In this document: positions 40,101-51,100 of the stretch, piece after piece | How positions within the stretch are numbered: position 1 is the stretch's first letter | Layout: each line of letters opens with the position of its first letter | DNA from: Protoeuglena noctilucae | Taxonomy: Eukaryota | Reading direction: 5' to 3' | DNA: 64,000 nucleotides | Assembly (NCBI GenBank): GCA_958009085.1 | Contig: OY253671.1 | Coordinates: 682,001 to 746,000, forward strand | The notes under the pieces: generated by a model | The model's input: only the letters and a program-made list of their open reading frames with translations | The model's database searches: none | What the model was told of the DNA's origin: nothing | Program-made: the position numbers and the translations under genes

Positions 40101-43100
40101 CACCCGAACGACAAGTTCACGCTGCTGCCCTACGCAGTCACGCCCAACTTCGAGCGCTGGGCCAACCAGCTCTCGGAGCTGGGGGTGTCGGTGTTCGGGG
40201 AGACCCTCGAGTGGATCGAGAAGTACGGCCACAAGGGCATCCTGCACAGGTGCGTCGTGTTGGCGGGAGGTGGAGAGAGTCTGGTGCGGACCTGAATTTA
40301 GCCTGGGAAGATGCTTGGGGCGTTCGGTGCGCGTGGTCTGCCGGTATCACGGTGCTAGACGGAGTGGACAGGCACGCTTTGGATGGTAAGTAGCCCTAAG
40401 AGTAACGCACCTGAGTGGCAAAGGGCGCCGTGCCTCCCCGTGGCCCTTGCAGGTGCCCCGCGCACGCCGACCAGCCCTCGGTGCTCGAGACGATGCAGGT
40501 CAACGCGCTGGTGCCCCGGGGATGGTTCTGGTGAGCAGCGCCGGCTGAGAGGGGGACCAGGTGGGAGCGGCGCATGGGTATGTGCTGCGACGGACACGAT
40601 GTAATCACTGGCCACACAACAGGGGTGGCCAGTGACGCGAGCCTTCGTGATTGCATCGGAACCGATCTGCGGATATCGACAGACCTTGCCAAGCATCGTG
40701 CTGTGCGTCCCGTGCCCTCGCAGCCGCAACCACGACGAGCTGATGATGGCCTACTCGATGATGAAGCAGGAGGGCATCCACCGGGTGGTCATCAAGCCCG
40801 TCTTTGGTGCCGCCGGTACGCTGCCATCGACCTTGCCATGCCCCCGTGACCGCACATGTGTTGCGCTGCGCCACATGGCTGGTGAGACACCGACGGTCCG
40901 TCCGCCCCCTGCCCCCAGGCGAGGGCATCCTGTTCCCTTCCACGGACGACGAGATCGAGAACTATCACTTCCCCATGGGCGCCGTCAACCTGGAGGTGCG
41001 GAGCTCTATCCGTAGCGCCATCCCCGTATCTGTCACGCTCGCCACGCATGTAACCCTCGCACTCGCACGCACATGCATCCCACCCCATCCCCTGCCCCCC
41101 ACCCCAGGAGTTCCTCGACCTGGACGTGGCCGAGGACGGCGTGGTGCTGAGCCCGGCCGTCCACTACATGGAGTCCAAGCTGATTGGCAAGGGCATGGTG
41201 GACCAGATCATGATCGGGACGGGCTACGCGGGTTGGAGGAGGTCGCAAGTGCCCAAGACGTACCAGATCGCGGCCAAGAAGACCATCGAGAGCATCTTAA
41301 AGAAGATCCAGCCGAGGTGACGCGTGACATCGTCCTGAATGGGGACTGCGACGCGAGACGTGATGTGTGGGAGACCGACGGCAGACGTGCTGTGGCAGAT
41401 GCGCATGCGGCGAGGCCCCTCGCCCGACTGCAGTAAGAATGAGCTGTCCCTGGCCATGAGAGTCGCCATCCCTCCACCTTGCCCTCGATCAACGGCCCCC
41501 GTCGCCCAGGTTGCCCACGCGCAGTTCGTGATCCTTGTCGCCGCCCGCTCGCTCGCAGGGGCCCCGGCGGCTTCGACTTCCTCTCCGTGGAGGGCAAGCC
41601 GGTGCTGGTGGACGTCAATACGGGCCGCTTCAACGGCGCCCACTCCCCGAAGCTCTTCATCGACATCCACGCCCCGGGCCAGGCCTTCTATTGCTGGAAG
41701 AGCAAGCCCGCCATCGACACAGACATCTGGACCTTCTGGAAGCTGCTCAAGTGAGTGCATGTGCCGGCTGCCACTGGCACTTCACCTCTTCCCTCACCTG
41801 TCGCCTCACCTCTCCCTCACCACATTTCGCCCCACCTCTCCCTTACCACCTCTCGCCTCGCCTGTCGCCCGCAGTGAGAGGGGCATCGCGTTCGACAAGG
41901 ACCGCCCCGGCGGCCCCGTGGGCGTGTTCCCGCTCATCTTCATGCGGGGCCTCTCCGGGCAGTACATCGCCGTCGCGGCCACGGACGAGGAGGCAAAGGC
42001 CCTGGCGGACGTGGCCAACCAGTGCCTGGCCGCCTGCCACCCCCGCAAGGCCGACGGCACCGTGCGGCGCGTGCGGGGCACCGTGTCGGTCTTCAAGTGC
42101 GCGGACATCCTCAAGCAGCGCTGGCGGCGCGTGTGGGTGCAGTCGCCGCAGCCGGAGATGATGGGCAACCGGGTGGACCACTTTGTCGACGCCCTGCCCA
42201 TGTACGCCGCCCCCGTCCTGCGCCCCCACCTTGACCTCGTCGTCCTCCCTGGCACCGAGGCGGCCCGCGAGCACTGGGGCTTTCTCAAGGGCGTGCTGGG
42301 CCTCGACGAGCAGCAGGCGCTCTTCGTGCCCGTCAAGGCGGGCGGCTACGGCGTGCACAGCCGGGGCCAGGCGCTGGACGCGCTCATCGACCCGGAGTTC
42401 GTCGAGTCGCTGCAGCAGCGGCTCCGGCAGGTCTCGGACCGCACTACCAGCTCCCCGCTCTTCATCGCCGCCGCCGCCATCGCCTCCGCCGCCGTCGCTG
42501 CCGGAGCCGTCACGGTCCCACCCCAGGCCGGGGGCGACGCAGAGACCCGCTCGGGGGGCTCCAGCACCGTGGGCCTCAACGCCGGGTCGCCGCCCGCGTC
42601 CGGCTCCGGCTTCCTGGCCCTGGAGCAGCACATGATCAACGCAGCGGCCCAGGCGGCCCAGGCGCAGGGCCGGGCCGACTCCCCCGCCCCGGCCACGCAG
42701 TCCGCCCCGCCGACCGCCGTGATGCCCCCCGTGCGGCCCAAGGGCCCCGGCATCTCCGGGTTCACCCTCGTGCCGTCGTCGCCCGGGGCCGCGTTCCACC
42801 ACTGGGCCGCCCTGCTGGTGCAGCAGGGCATGCGCGTGTTCGGCGACGACCCCGACTACCTGTCCAAGTACGGCACGCGCGCCGCTCTCCACCGCAACAT
42901 CGACAAACCCGGTGAGACAGCGGCGAGGGCAACGTTGCCGACGCGCTCGGCCGCCTTGTTACACACCCACACCCACACCCACACCCACACCCACACCCAC
43001 ACCCACACCCACACCCACACCTACGCCCGCACCCTCACCCACACCCACACCCTCACCCACACCCGCAGATGAGCCCTCTGCTTTGGAGTCCATGGGCATC

Positions 43101-46100
43101 GGCCTCCGCTCCGTCCCCGGCTTCGTCTGCCGCAGCCGCTCGGCCCTCCTCAAGGCCTGGGAGGCCCTGGGCCGGCGCCCCGCCATCATCCGCCCCTGCC
43201 GCGCCTTCTCAGTCGCATGGGAGGGCTCCCTGCCCATCACCACCGAGGCCCAGCTCCACCTCTACGACTTCCCCCAGGGCCCCGTGGTCCTCGAGGACCA
43301 CTCCTCCGTCGGCGGCGGCCCCGGGACCGTGGGCTTCCCCAGCTCCGTCTCCATGGTGCCCTGCCTGGGCCACGACGTGCTGGGCGTGGGTGTCGTGGAC
43401 CCTCTCATGGTCGGCACGCAGCTCACGGGCATCCGCACCTCGCTCGCCGACCAGGCCGCCCAGGAGGCCTACCTGGCCGCCGCCAAGCGCATCCTCGCCG
43501 CCGCCAAGCCCCGGGGCCCCACCACGCTCTGCTTCACGCTCCAGGACGGCGACCCCCAGCGCCCCGTGCTCCTCGACGTGCAGGCGGGGTTTTTCGGCCG
43601 CGAGCACTTCGTGGCGCTGTTCCTGGAAGAGCACGCACCCCCGGACGCCCACTTCCTGGCGTTTCAGGCGCCCATCCCGGAGGGGCTGGACGTGTGGTCC
43701 TTCTGGTCAAGGCTGGCGGAGGAAGGCATGTGCTTGACGCCGGAGGGGAGCGGCAAGGGGCTCTTCCCGCTCGTCTACGAGCGGGGCTCCACGTCGCTCC
43801 TCATGGCAGGTGCGCGGTTGCTGCGGGTATGTGGTGGGAACTGGGGCTGCGGTGACTGCGGTGGCAAGTGCTGTGGCACGCAGGCTAGCGACCAGGGTGG
43901 CGTATGAGTCAACAGCAGGAGTGCTGGCAGGCGGGCTGGTGGTGGGGATAGCAGCCGTGATGGCGTGGGGTTCACTCAACGCTCTCCTCCCTTCGCTCGC
44001 AGTGGGGGAGACGGGCGAGGACGTGCAGCACATCCGCGACAAGGCGATCGAAATCATGCGGCGCCCCGTGCAGGGCGCCCCGCTCCCCTGGGGCCCCTGG
44101 ACGGGCGACAAGGTCCGCCGGGTCGTCGCGCTGGGCAGCTCCGCCCCCTCGTCCGACTGCTGTGCCGCCATGTCCCTCGTTCGCCCCGGCAAGGACATCT
44201 GCCTCGTCCCGGAGGACCCCACGGGTGCGAATTGCAGCGCACAGCAGCACTTGCCCCACGTGACGCACGCGCCGTCCATCGCTCATGTCTTGCATGCCCC
44301 ACGCAAAGCCTGACCTGTATTCCCCTGCGCTCCCCCCGCAGGCGCCTTACAGGAGTACCGGGAGCTGGTCTCGAAGCTCCTGTCCCTCGGCCCGGCCCAG
44401 ATCCAGCACAGCATCGTGCTGTCAGGACGCACGGCGCACTTCCCGCCCACGGAGGACGGCCTCGACGCGGCCGTGGTGGCCATCAAGGGGGCCGTCATCA
44501 TGTCAGACCTGGGGCCCGAAGTGAGGGGCGGCTGCCGCACCGCAGGGGACCCCAGGGTCAAACCATGCAAGGTTCCTCATGTGCCCTTCCCTTGTCTCTG
44601 TCGCTTGAGTCAAGTGTCACTTTACGCACACCCTGGCCTGGCTTACCGGCAGTCTCCCCTGCCCTTCTCTTACCCACCCATTTACCCACTCACCCACAGC
44701 AGCCTCGCTCCCACCCCGCTACCCTTAAGCCTCCAGCATGCCCAATGCCCGCCCCACCCCCACCCTCCCACAGGAGCGCTTCACTCTGGTCCCCGGCCCC
44801 GGCAAGGGCACCCCCGACTCGTGGGCGGCGCAGCTGTCCGAGCTCCCCATCGGCATTTACACCGAGGACCCGGCTCTGTGGGCCAAGTACGGCGGCAAGC
44901 GGATGCTGTACCGTAACGTGGGGTCCACGCTGCCGGCCATGGTGGAGGAGATCGCCAGCCGGGAGGGCTTCCAGATCCCCGTGGCTCGGGGCTATGCGTG
45001 CCGCAGTCTCGAGGATCTCTTAGCGGCCTTTGAGCTCCTGGGGGGGGTCAAGTGCGTGGTGCGCCCCCTCGGGTGCCACACCATGGGTCGCGGCCTGGTC
45101 ATGATCGACTCCTCCGAGCAGCTGAGCCTTCTGGATACGACGCTCTACAATGGGGAGTTTGTGCTGGAGGAGTTCATGGCTCTGGACAAGGCCCGGGTGA
45201 GGCATGGGGTTGGGTAACGGGGTGCGATCGGTGGCCAGACAGCATAGCATGGTGCGCGAGCGGGGCTTGTGAAGCACAAGCGGATGCAGAGGGCCGTGCC
45301 TATCGCTCACCGCCCCCCCCGCGATCGCAGAACGGCCTGGCGCGCTCGTTCCTGCTCCCCTTCGTGGGGACGCACGTGCGCAAGGACGACGCGCAGGACA
45401 AGGTGACGGTGGGCACGACCGTGACGGGCCTGAAGCCCTCCAGCGCGACCAAGAAGCTCCTGGACAGGGCCGTGCGCATCGCCGTGGCCGTGCTGGCCCA
45501 CGTGAAGCCCAAGACCATCGGGGCCCTGCACTTCCACAGCTTCGAGAACCGCCCCATCCTCTCCGGCCTCACCGTTGGCCCCCTCGACCCCTACCACGTC
45601 GGCCAGGTCTTCTGCGACGAGCACGCGCCCCCGGGGTCCAAGAACTACCTCTGGAAGTTCACGCTTCCAGCAGAGATACCCGGTGAGTTAGTGCTGTGAG
45701 CGTCCTCCATGCTTAGCGAAGTCCCCTCATCAGGATTGCTTGTTGCCAACATCGGACTGACCCAGCGGCCTTTCCTCCCCGCACTCTCGCACGCTGCTTT
45801 CATCAGCACCCCTGCTGCCCCCTCACCGCACTACCCCCCCGGCGCCCGCAGTGAAGCGATACTACGCCGCGCTCGAGCAGAAGGGCCTGGCGTTCGTTCC
45901 CGGCCGCACCCAGCGCGGCGTCTTCCCGGTCTCCTTTGTGCGTGGGCTGCGGGGGTACCTGGTGGCCGTGGCGCAGTCACCCCTGGACGTAATGATGCTC
46001 CAGGAGCGCGCCGCGAGCCTCCACGAGGCCGTTATCAAGGGCAAGGCGACCCCTCCGCCCCCCGCGGCGGGTGACTCCTTCCGCCTGACCTCTGCCGAGG

Positions 46101-47895
46101 CGATCGACCTGCTCCTCATCCGCAACGCCGACGGCATCTACACGCCCGAGCCCTCCGCGCACCGCAACATGCTCCTGGGCGGCGGCAAGATTTTGGGCAT
46201 TTTTGGTGATGAGCAGGCGGCTGTTTTCTCGGCCATCCAGCACGTCCGCACCCTGGACGCATCGGGCATGGTCGTGTGCCCCGGCATCGTTGACATGCAC
46301 GTCCACGCCCAGGGAGGCGGCGGAGAGGTGCGTGGGGCGCCGCCGCTTGTTGATAGAGCCTCACTTGCCCCTGCGACAGTCGTTCGTGACCCTCGCCGCT
46401 TGCCCACGTCTCCCACCTCTCCTGGCGCACGTACCCCTGCCAGCACCCTTGCCCTCCCTGACCCCTGGGCCGCCCTTGGCCCATGGAAGGAGTAGCCACC
46501 TGAACTTCATAGTCTGCTTGAGCATGACTACCCCTGAGCTAACAGAATCACCCCTTGCTTCGATCTCAGGCCGGCCCCGCGACCCGTACCCCCGAGGCCC
46601 GCCTCTCGGAGCTGATCAACGGCGGCTTCACGATGATCGTGGGCATCCTGGGGACCGACGGGTACTCCCGGTCCCTCGAGGGGCTGCTGGCCAAGTGCCG
46701 CGGGCTGACAGAGGAGGGCGTGACCGCGTACATGTGGACCGGGTGCTACCGCGTGCCGCCCCCGACCATCACCGGCAGCATCACTAAGGACATCATGACG
46801 GTCGAGCAGGTCATCGGCGTCGGGGAGATCGCCGTGTCGGACCACCGGGGCTCGCAGCCCTCCCGCACGGACCTGGTGGCGGTGGCGTCCGAGTGCCGCG
46901 TGGCGGGGATGCTGTCGGGCAAGTGTGGCCTGGTGCACGTGCACATCGGCCCCGGGAAGGGCCTCCTGGGGCCGCTCTTCGACGTCGTGCAGAACACGGA
47001 CATCCCCATCACCCAGTTCCTGCCCACCCACATGGACCGGTCCGAGGAGCTCATCGCCGACGGGGCGCGGTGGCTTGCCGAGGGCGGGAACCTCGACTTC
47101 ACCGGGCGCAGCGTCCGGTGCCGCATCGCCCTCAAGGACTACGACGCCAAGGGACTCCTGAGGGACAACGGTGAGGGGGACTGAGACATGGGGACCTGTG
47201 CATGACCACCCACGCGCCAGGCAGCGCGGGCTGTGATGGGAGGCGCTCTCACATCGAGACTGAGTGCCCGAGGGCGGGCTTGCTTCGTTCGGCGCCCTGC
47301 GAGACTGTCGTGCCAGCTGACCTGTCCCGTGATGCCTCCCCCACTCGCAGTGAGCGTGTCCAGCGATGCGTGCGGCTCCCTGCCCTCCTTCGACACCAAT
47401 GGGCGCCTCGTGCGCTACCAGAGCGCCGACGCCAAGGCCCTCCTGCGCCTGCTGCGGCAGATGTACTTCACTGACCGATGGTGACGCGCGCGGGCCCCGC
47501 AGAGACGTGCTGCGAGCGTGCGTGCTGCGCCGGGGCGGCCTCGGCACGTTTTGGCCCGTCCCACCCCGCAGGCCTTTGGAGAAGATCCTGCCGCTGATGA
47601 CGAGCAATCCCGCCAAGATCCTAAAGCTTCGCAGCAAGGGCATGCTCGCCGTCGGCAAGGACGCCGACATCATCATGCTTTCGTCCACCAACCTCAAGCT
47701 GCGCTCCGTCATCACGCGGGTGAGGCTCGGCGGGCTCACTTGACTGACCAAAGAGCTGCCGCGGCCAGCCATCTGCATGACCGGGGACCGCGCCCACCCC
47801 CGCAGGGCAAGGTGCGGAAGGGGGAGGGCTGGGTCGCCCGGGGGGTGTTCGAGAAGGGGCTGGTGGTCAAGCCCCACATCCCGCGCATGGACTGA
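37160..47895 (+). CDS. Giant fusion protein: four tandem ATP-grasp peptide-ligase-like modules plus C-terminal isoaspartyl dipeptidase (5' end uncertain)
   Basis: About 20+ exons joined at GT-AG sites. Repeated module motifs (KYGxK/RxxLHR; RG..C.S..DL..A; YDFP.GPVVLE; D.W.FW..L...G.....G(V/L)FP..) occur four times, followed by an IadA domain in the same exon as the end of module 4. Confidence 0.85.
37509..37549 (+). repeat. 18-bp perfect tandem duplication TCGCAACGATGCTCGGAA
   Basis: Two full copies plus a partial third, read directly from the sequence. Confidence 0.85.
42961..43064 (+). repeat. (ACACCC)n microsatellite inside intron 42912-43068
   Basis: About 10 perfect copies then degenerate copies immediately before the cag acceptor at 43066-43068. 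Confidence 0.95.
46100..47895 (+). other. iadA: Isoaspartyl dipeptidase (IadA, amidohydrolase family M38) domain of the fusion protein
   Basis: CPGIVDMHVHAQGGGGE|AGPATRTPE, GILGTDGYSR, WTGCYRVP, VIGVGEIAVSDHRGS, VHVHIG, LPTHMDR, SSDACGSLP, TSNPA..KG.LAVGKDAD match the E. coli IadA motif order. Confidence 0.95.
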
Positions 47896-48170
47896 GCGAC
47901 GCTGTTGATTGTGACGCGCGCCGCTTGACCTCTGATCGCGTAGCCGGCTCGTCAGCTGCTGACACTCGCCAGACTGGCGGAAGTGGGACGCGTCCCCCGA
48001 GCAGCGCTAGCATAGCTGCGGGGTTTCGCCGCGCTGATTAAACCGTTGTGGTCTTGCCAGCGGGACATTGGAGGCTGGTCGGCTGCAGGAGCTCCCAGCT
48101 GAGCGAGCCCAGTCTGGGAAGCCCGGAGGGAAGCAGAGGGCGACAGGTCGGGGGGTAGTGGCGAGCAAAG

Positions 48171-51100
48171 ATGGCGAGGTTCTCGCGTAGGTTCATGCCT
48201 GCTCGGCGACGGTCGACGGACAGAAGCAAGGAGGGGCGCGAGGAAGCGCAGGTGCTCCCGGAGCCCCCCGGGACTGTGGTTCAGGAGAAGGACCGTCAAA
48301 ATGTCGATCCTGAAAAGGGAGAGAACGACAACGCGAGCGTCGTGGAGTCCGAGCTGGGAGGTGAGACGCAAGGGCCACAAAGCTTCCGTAAAACCCAGCT
48401 TACGCACATTTATCCCGTCTTGGACGCGCTGGTGCTGCCGGGCAACCGTTTGCGATGCCCGGCGGCCGAGGGGACGGGGCGCGGGGCGGAAGTTTGGGCG
48501 CTGCACGGCCGCGCCGGTTCGACGCCTCCGCGACGCCCCCTGCATCACTGCCGCAAACATCATACCATCACGCGGTCCTTGACACCCCGTCCTTACCACG
48601 CACGGCCACAGCGGCGCTGGTTGATGCCTAACATGTCGGCCCTGTCAGGCCGAGCGGGCTGCGGCGCTGCGCCGCCGTCTGCCGGCCTGCAGCTTCAGAG
48701 CAGCGAGTGTAGTACATGGGCCCTTCTTCCGCCAGGCGAACCAAGCAAGCCCACGCCCTTTCCCTGCTCTCCACGCAGTCAACCTGCACAGGCGCAGGAA
48801 CTCGGCCCAGATGCGCGACTTCATTCTGTATATCGTCTTCGTGGTCGTCTTCTCGCTCGCTGCCTTCTTCGGTGCGTGCCCGAGCCCTTCTTGCCCCGCC
48901 CTGCTGCTTCGCCCCGCCTGCCGCCCCTGCGCACACAGCCCCAGCGTTCCCGCGCCTGCTTTTCCCTCGCAGGCCGTCCCGGGCCGATCCAGCAGATTCT
49001 CACGGGCATCCACACGCAAGGCTTCTCCAACCTGGGCAACATCAACACCTTCGAGGATGTCTACGGGTGGATCACGGGCACGTACGGGCCCCAGGTCTTC
49101 CCCACCGTGGACCAGGCGGCCGCCAGCAGCGACCCGTCCGCTCCGACGGCATATCTCGGGATGCCCGACCGGCTGTACGTCAGCGGGCACTCCCGCGTGC
49201 TCTCCGCCCTCCGCATCCGGCAGGCGAGGCCTGGGTGGGACCCACTATGGCACACAGTACAAGCAGACTGGCAAGCCTTCTGCAGTCGCTTGTTTTGGAT
49301 CCAGCTGTCAGCTGCGCGAGCGGCGCCGAGCACGGGATGGCAGGCACGTGCGCAATGCACTCCTGCTCAACACCTCCCCAACTCTCCCGGCGCAGGTGCG
49401 GTCGGACGAGATCACCTGCAAGGTCATCGGGTTCATGAAGGACGTGGCCGGGTACCCCATCACGTGCCTGGGCAGCTACGGCTCCCACGCCAGCACGACC
49501 GACATCTACGACTCCAAGAGCTCCGACTACGCGGCCCTGGGTGACTTCACGCTGCCCTTCACGTACCAGACGGCCGAGGAGCTCGACTCCAGCCACATCC
49601 TCAAGCTCAAGGGCGTCTACGGCAAGTACAAGCAGGACGGGTATAACCTGGACGTGGTGCCCAACGTCTCGCCGCGGCTCCTGGCCCAGCAGTTCCAGGC
49701 CTGCGAGGACTTCTACCAGCAGTCGATCGACAAGTGCGCCGAGCAGCAGGGGTATGCGGCCGTCCCCGCCAACAAGACGCACGACGGCCAGGCCGGGTGC
49801 CCCAGCGACGCCCGGCCCATCACGCAGGTGCGACGCGGGGGCGCGCCGATCGACCTGCGCGCTGCTGGCACCCGCCATTTGTTACAACCAGCTCCTCGCT
49901 CCCGCCACAGCTCGCCTACAACATCGGCCTGGACCTGTCCAAGTGCAAAAGGCTCCCGAACCCGCCCGCCTCGTGCAAGCTCAAGTACGTGCCGCTCGAC
50001 ATGGCCCAGCAGTACATGCAGCCCAGCAAGTGCGGCAACTGCACGTGCGCCTCGGACGACGATGCGACGTGCAACCAGAACTGCAGCCCATTGTGAGTGC
50101 ACGCGTCTGTTTCCATGCCCTCCCGTGCATATAAAATCACAAGCTAAGCGAGCGTCGCCACGCGTCGGGCCGCACGTCGTGCCCCGCCGCACCTTGTCGT
50201 GCCTTCCGCGCCCAGGGGACTGATGACGGACCAGGTCAACCTGCTCCAGAGCAACTCGTGGCTGTCGGAGGACACGCGCGCCCTCATCGTCGACACGGCC
50301 CTCTTCGACCAGGAGTCGAACCTCTTTAGCTCCATCCGGCAGGCGAGGCTTGGCCTGGGCATTCCCACAACCGTGCATGCGTCCTCCAGCGCCCCCCACG
50401 CATGTGCCTGCGCCCCCGCTCCCTCACTCCCCGCTCATCTGCGCTCCGCCCCGCCCGCAGCTGCTGGAGTTCCCGCCCGTGGGCGCGGGCAACGTGGAGG
50501 CCTCCCTGGTGTCGGTCAATACGGTCCGCCTCTTCCAGTACGTGACCAAGGGCGACATGGCCGTCCTGGGCCTGGAGGTCGTCGTCATGGTCTTCGTGCT
50601 CTACTACACCGTCGTCGAGCTGATCGAGATGCGGAACAAGGGGTTCAAGTGAGAAGCCCTCCGTGGCCGCGCGGACGCACCGCCGAAGTCATTGTCAAGG
50701 ACGGTGCTCGCTCGGACAGCGAACGTCACTCGGGGCTCACTTGCGCGTCTGAGCCTCTATGTCGCCCGTGCGTCGCAGGAACTTCCGCGAGCTGTGGAAC
50801 TGGGTCGACTGGGCCAACCTCGCTCTCCTGTACGCCGTCATCATCCTCCGCGGCCTGAGCTGGAAGGTCATCCGCGACTCCAACTTCAGCTCCCTGCAAG
50901 TCACGTACGTGGACTTCCCGACCCTGGTCGACTGGTCCAACAACGAGGTCAACCTCATTGCATTCAACTTCTTCCTCATCTACTTCAAGATCTTCAAGTA
51001 CCTCAGGTGAAATGCCATGCAGACGCTGCCATCGGCACGGCCTGACCGGGACCCGCCCGCACTTGCCTGCTTCCCAACACGCCCGTGCCCTGACGCCAGC

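Noticed and set aside
42961..43064. HTHTHT / PTPTPT / GVGVGV peptide repeats in the ORF track
   Set aside because: They are translations of a microsatellite inside intron 42912-43068; the flanking exons join cleanly (IDKP|DEPSALE).
37160..47895. Interpretation as cyanophycin synthetase (CphA) or as bacterial contamination
   Set aside because: No Mur-ligase domain or CphA motifs are visible, and the gene has many spliceosomal introns and eukaryotic neighbours.
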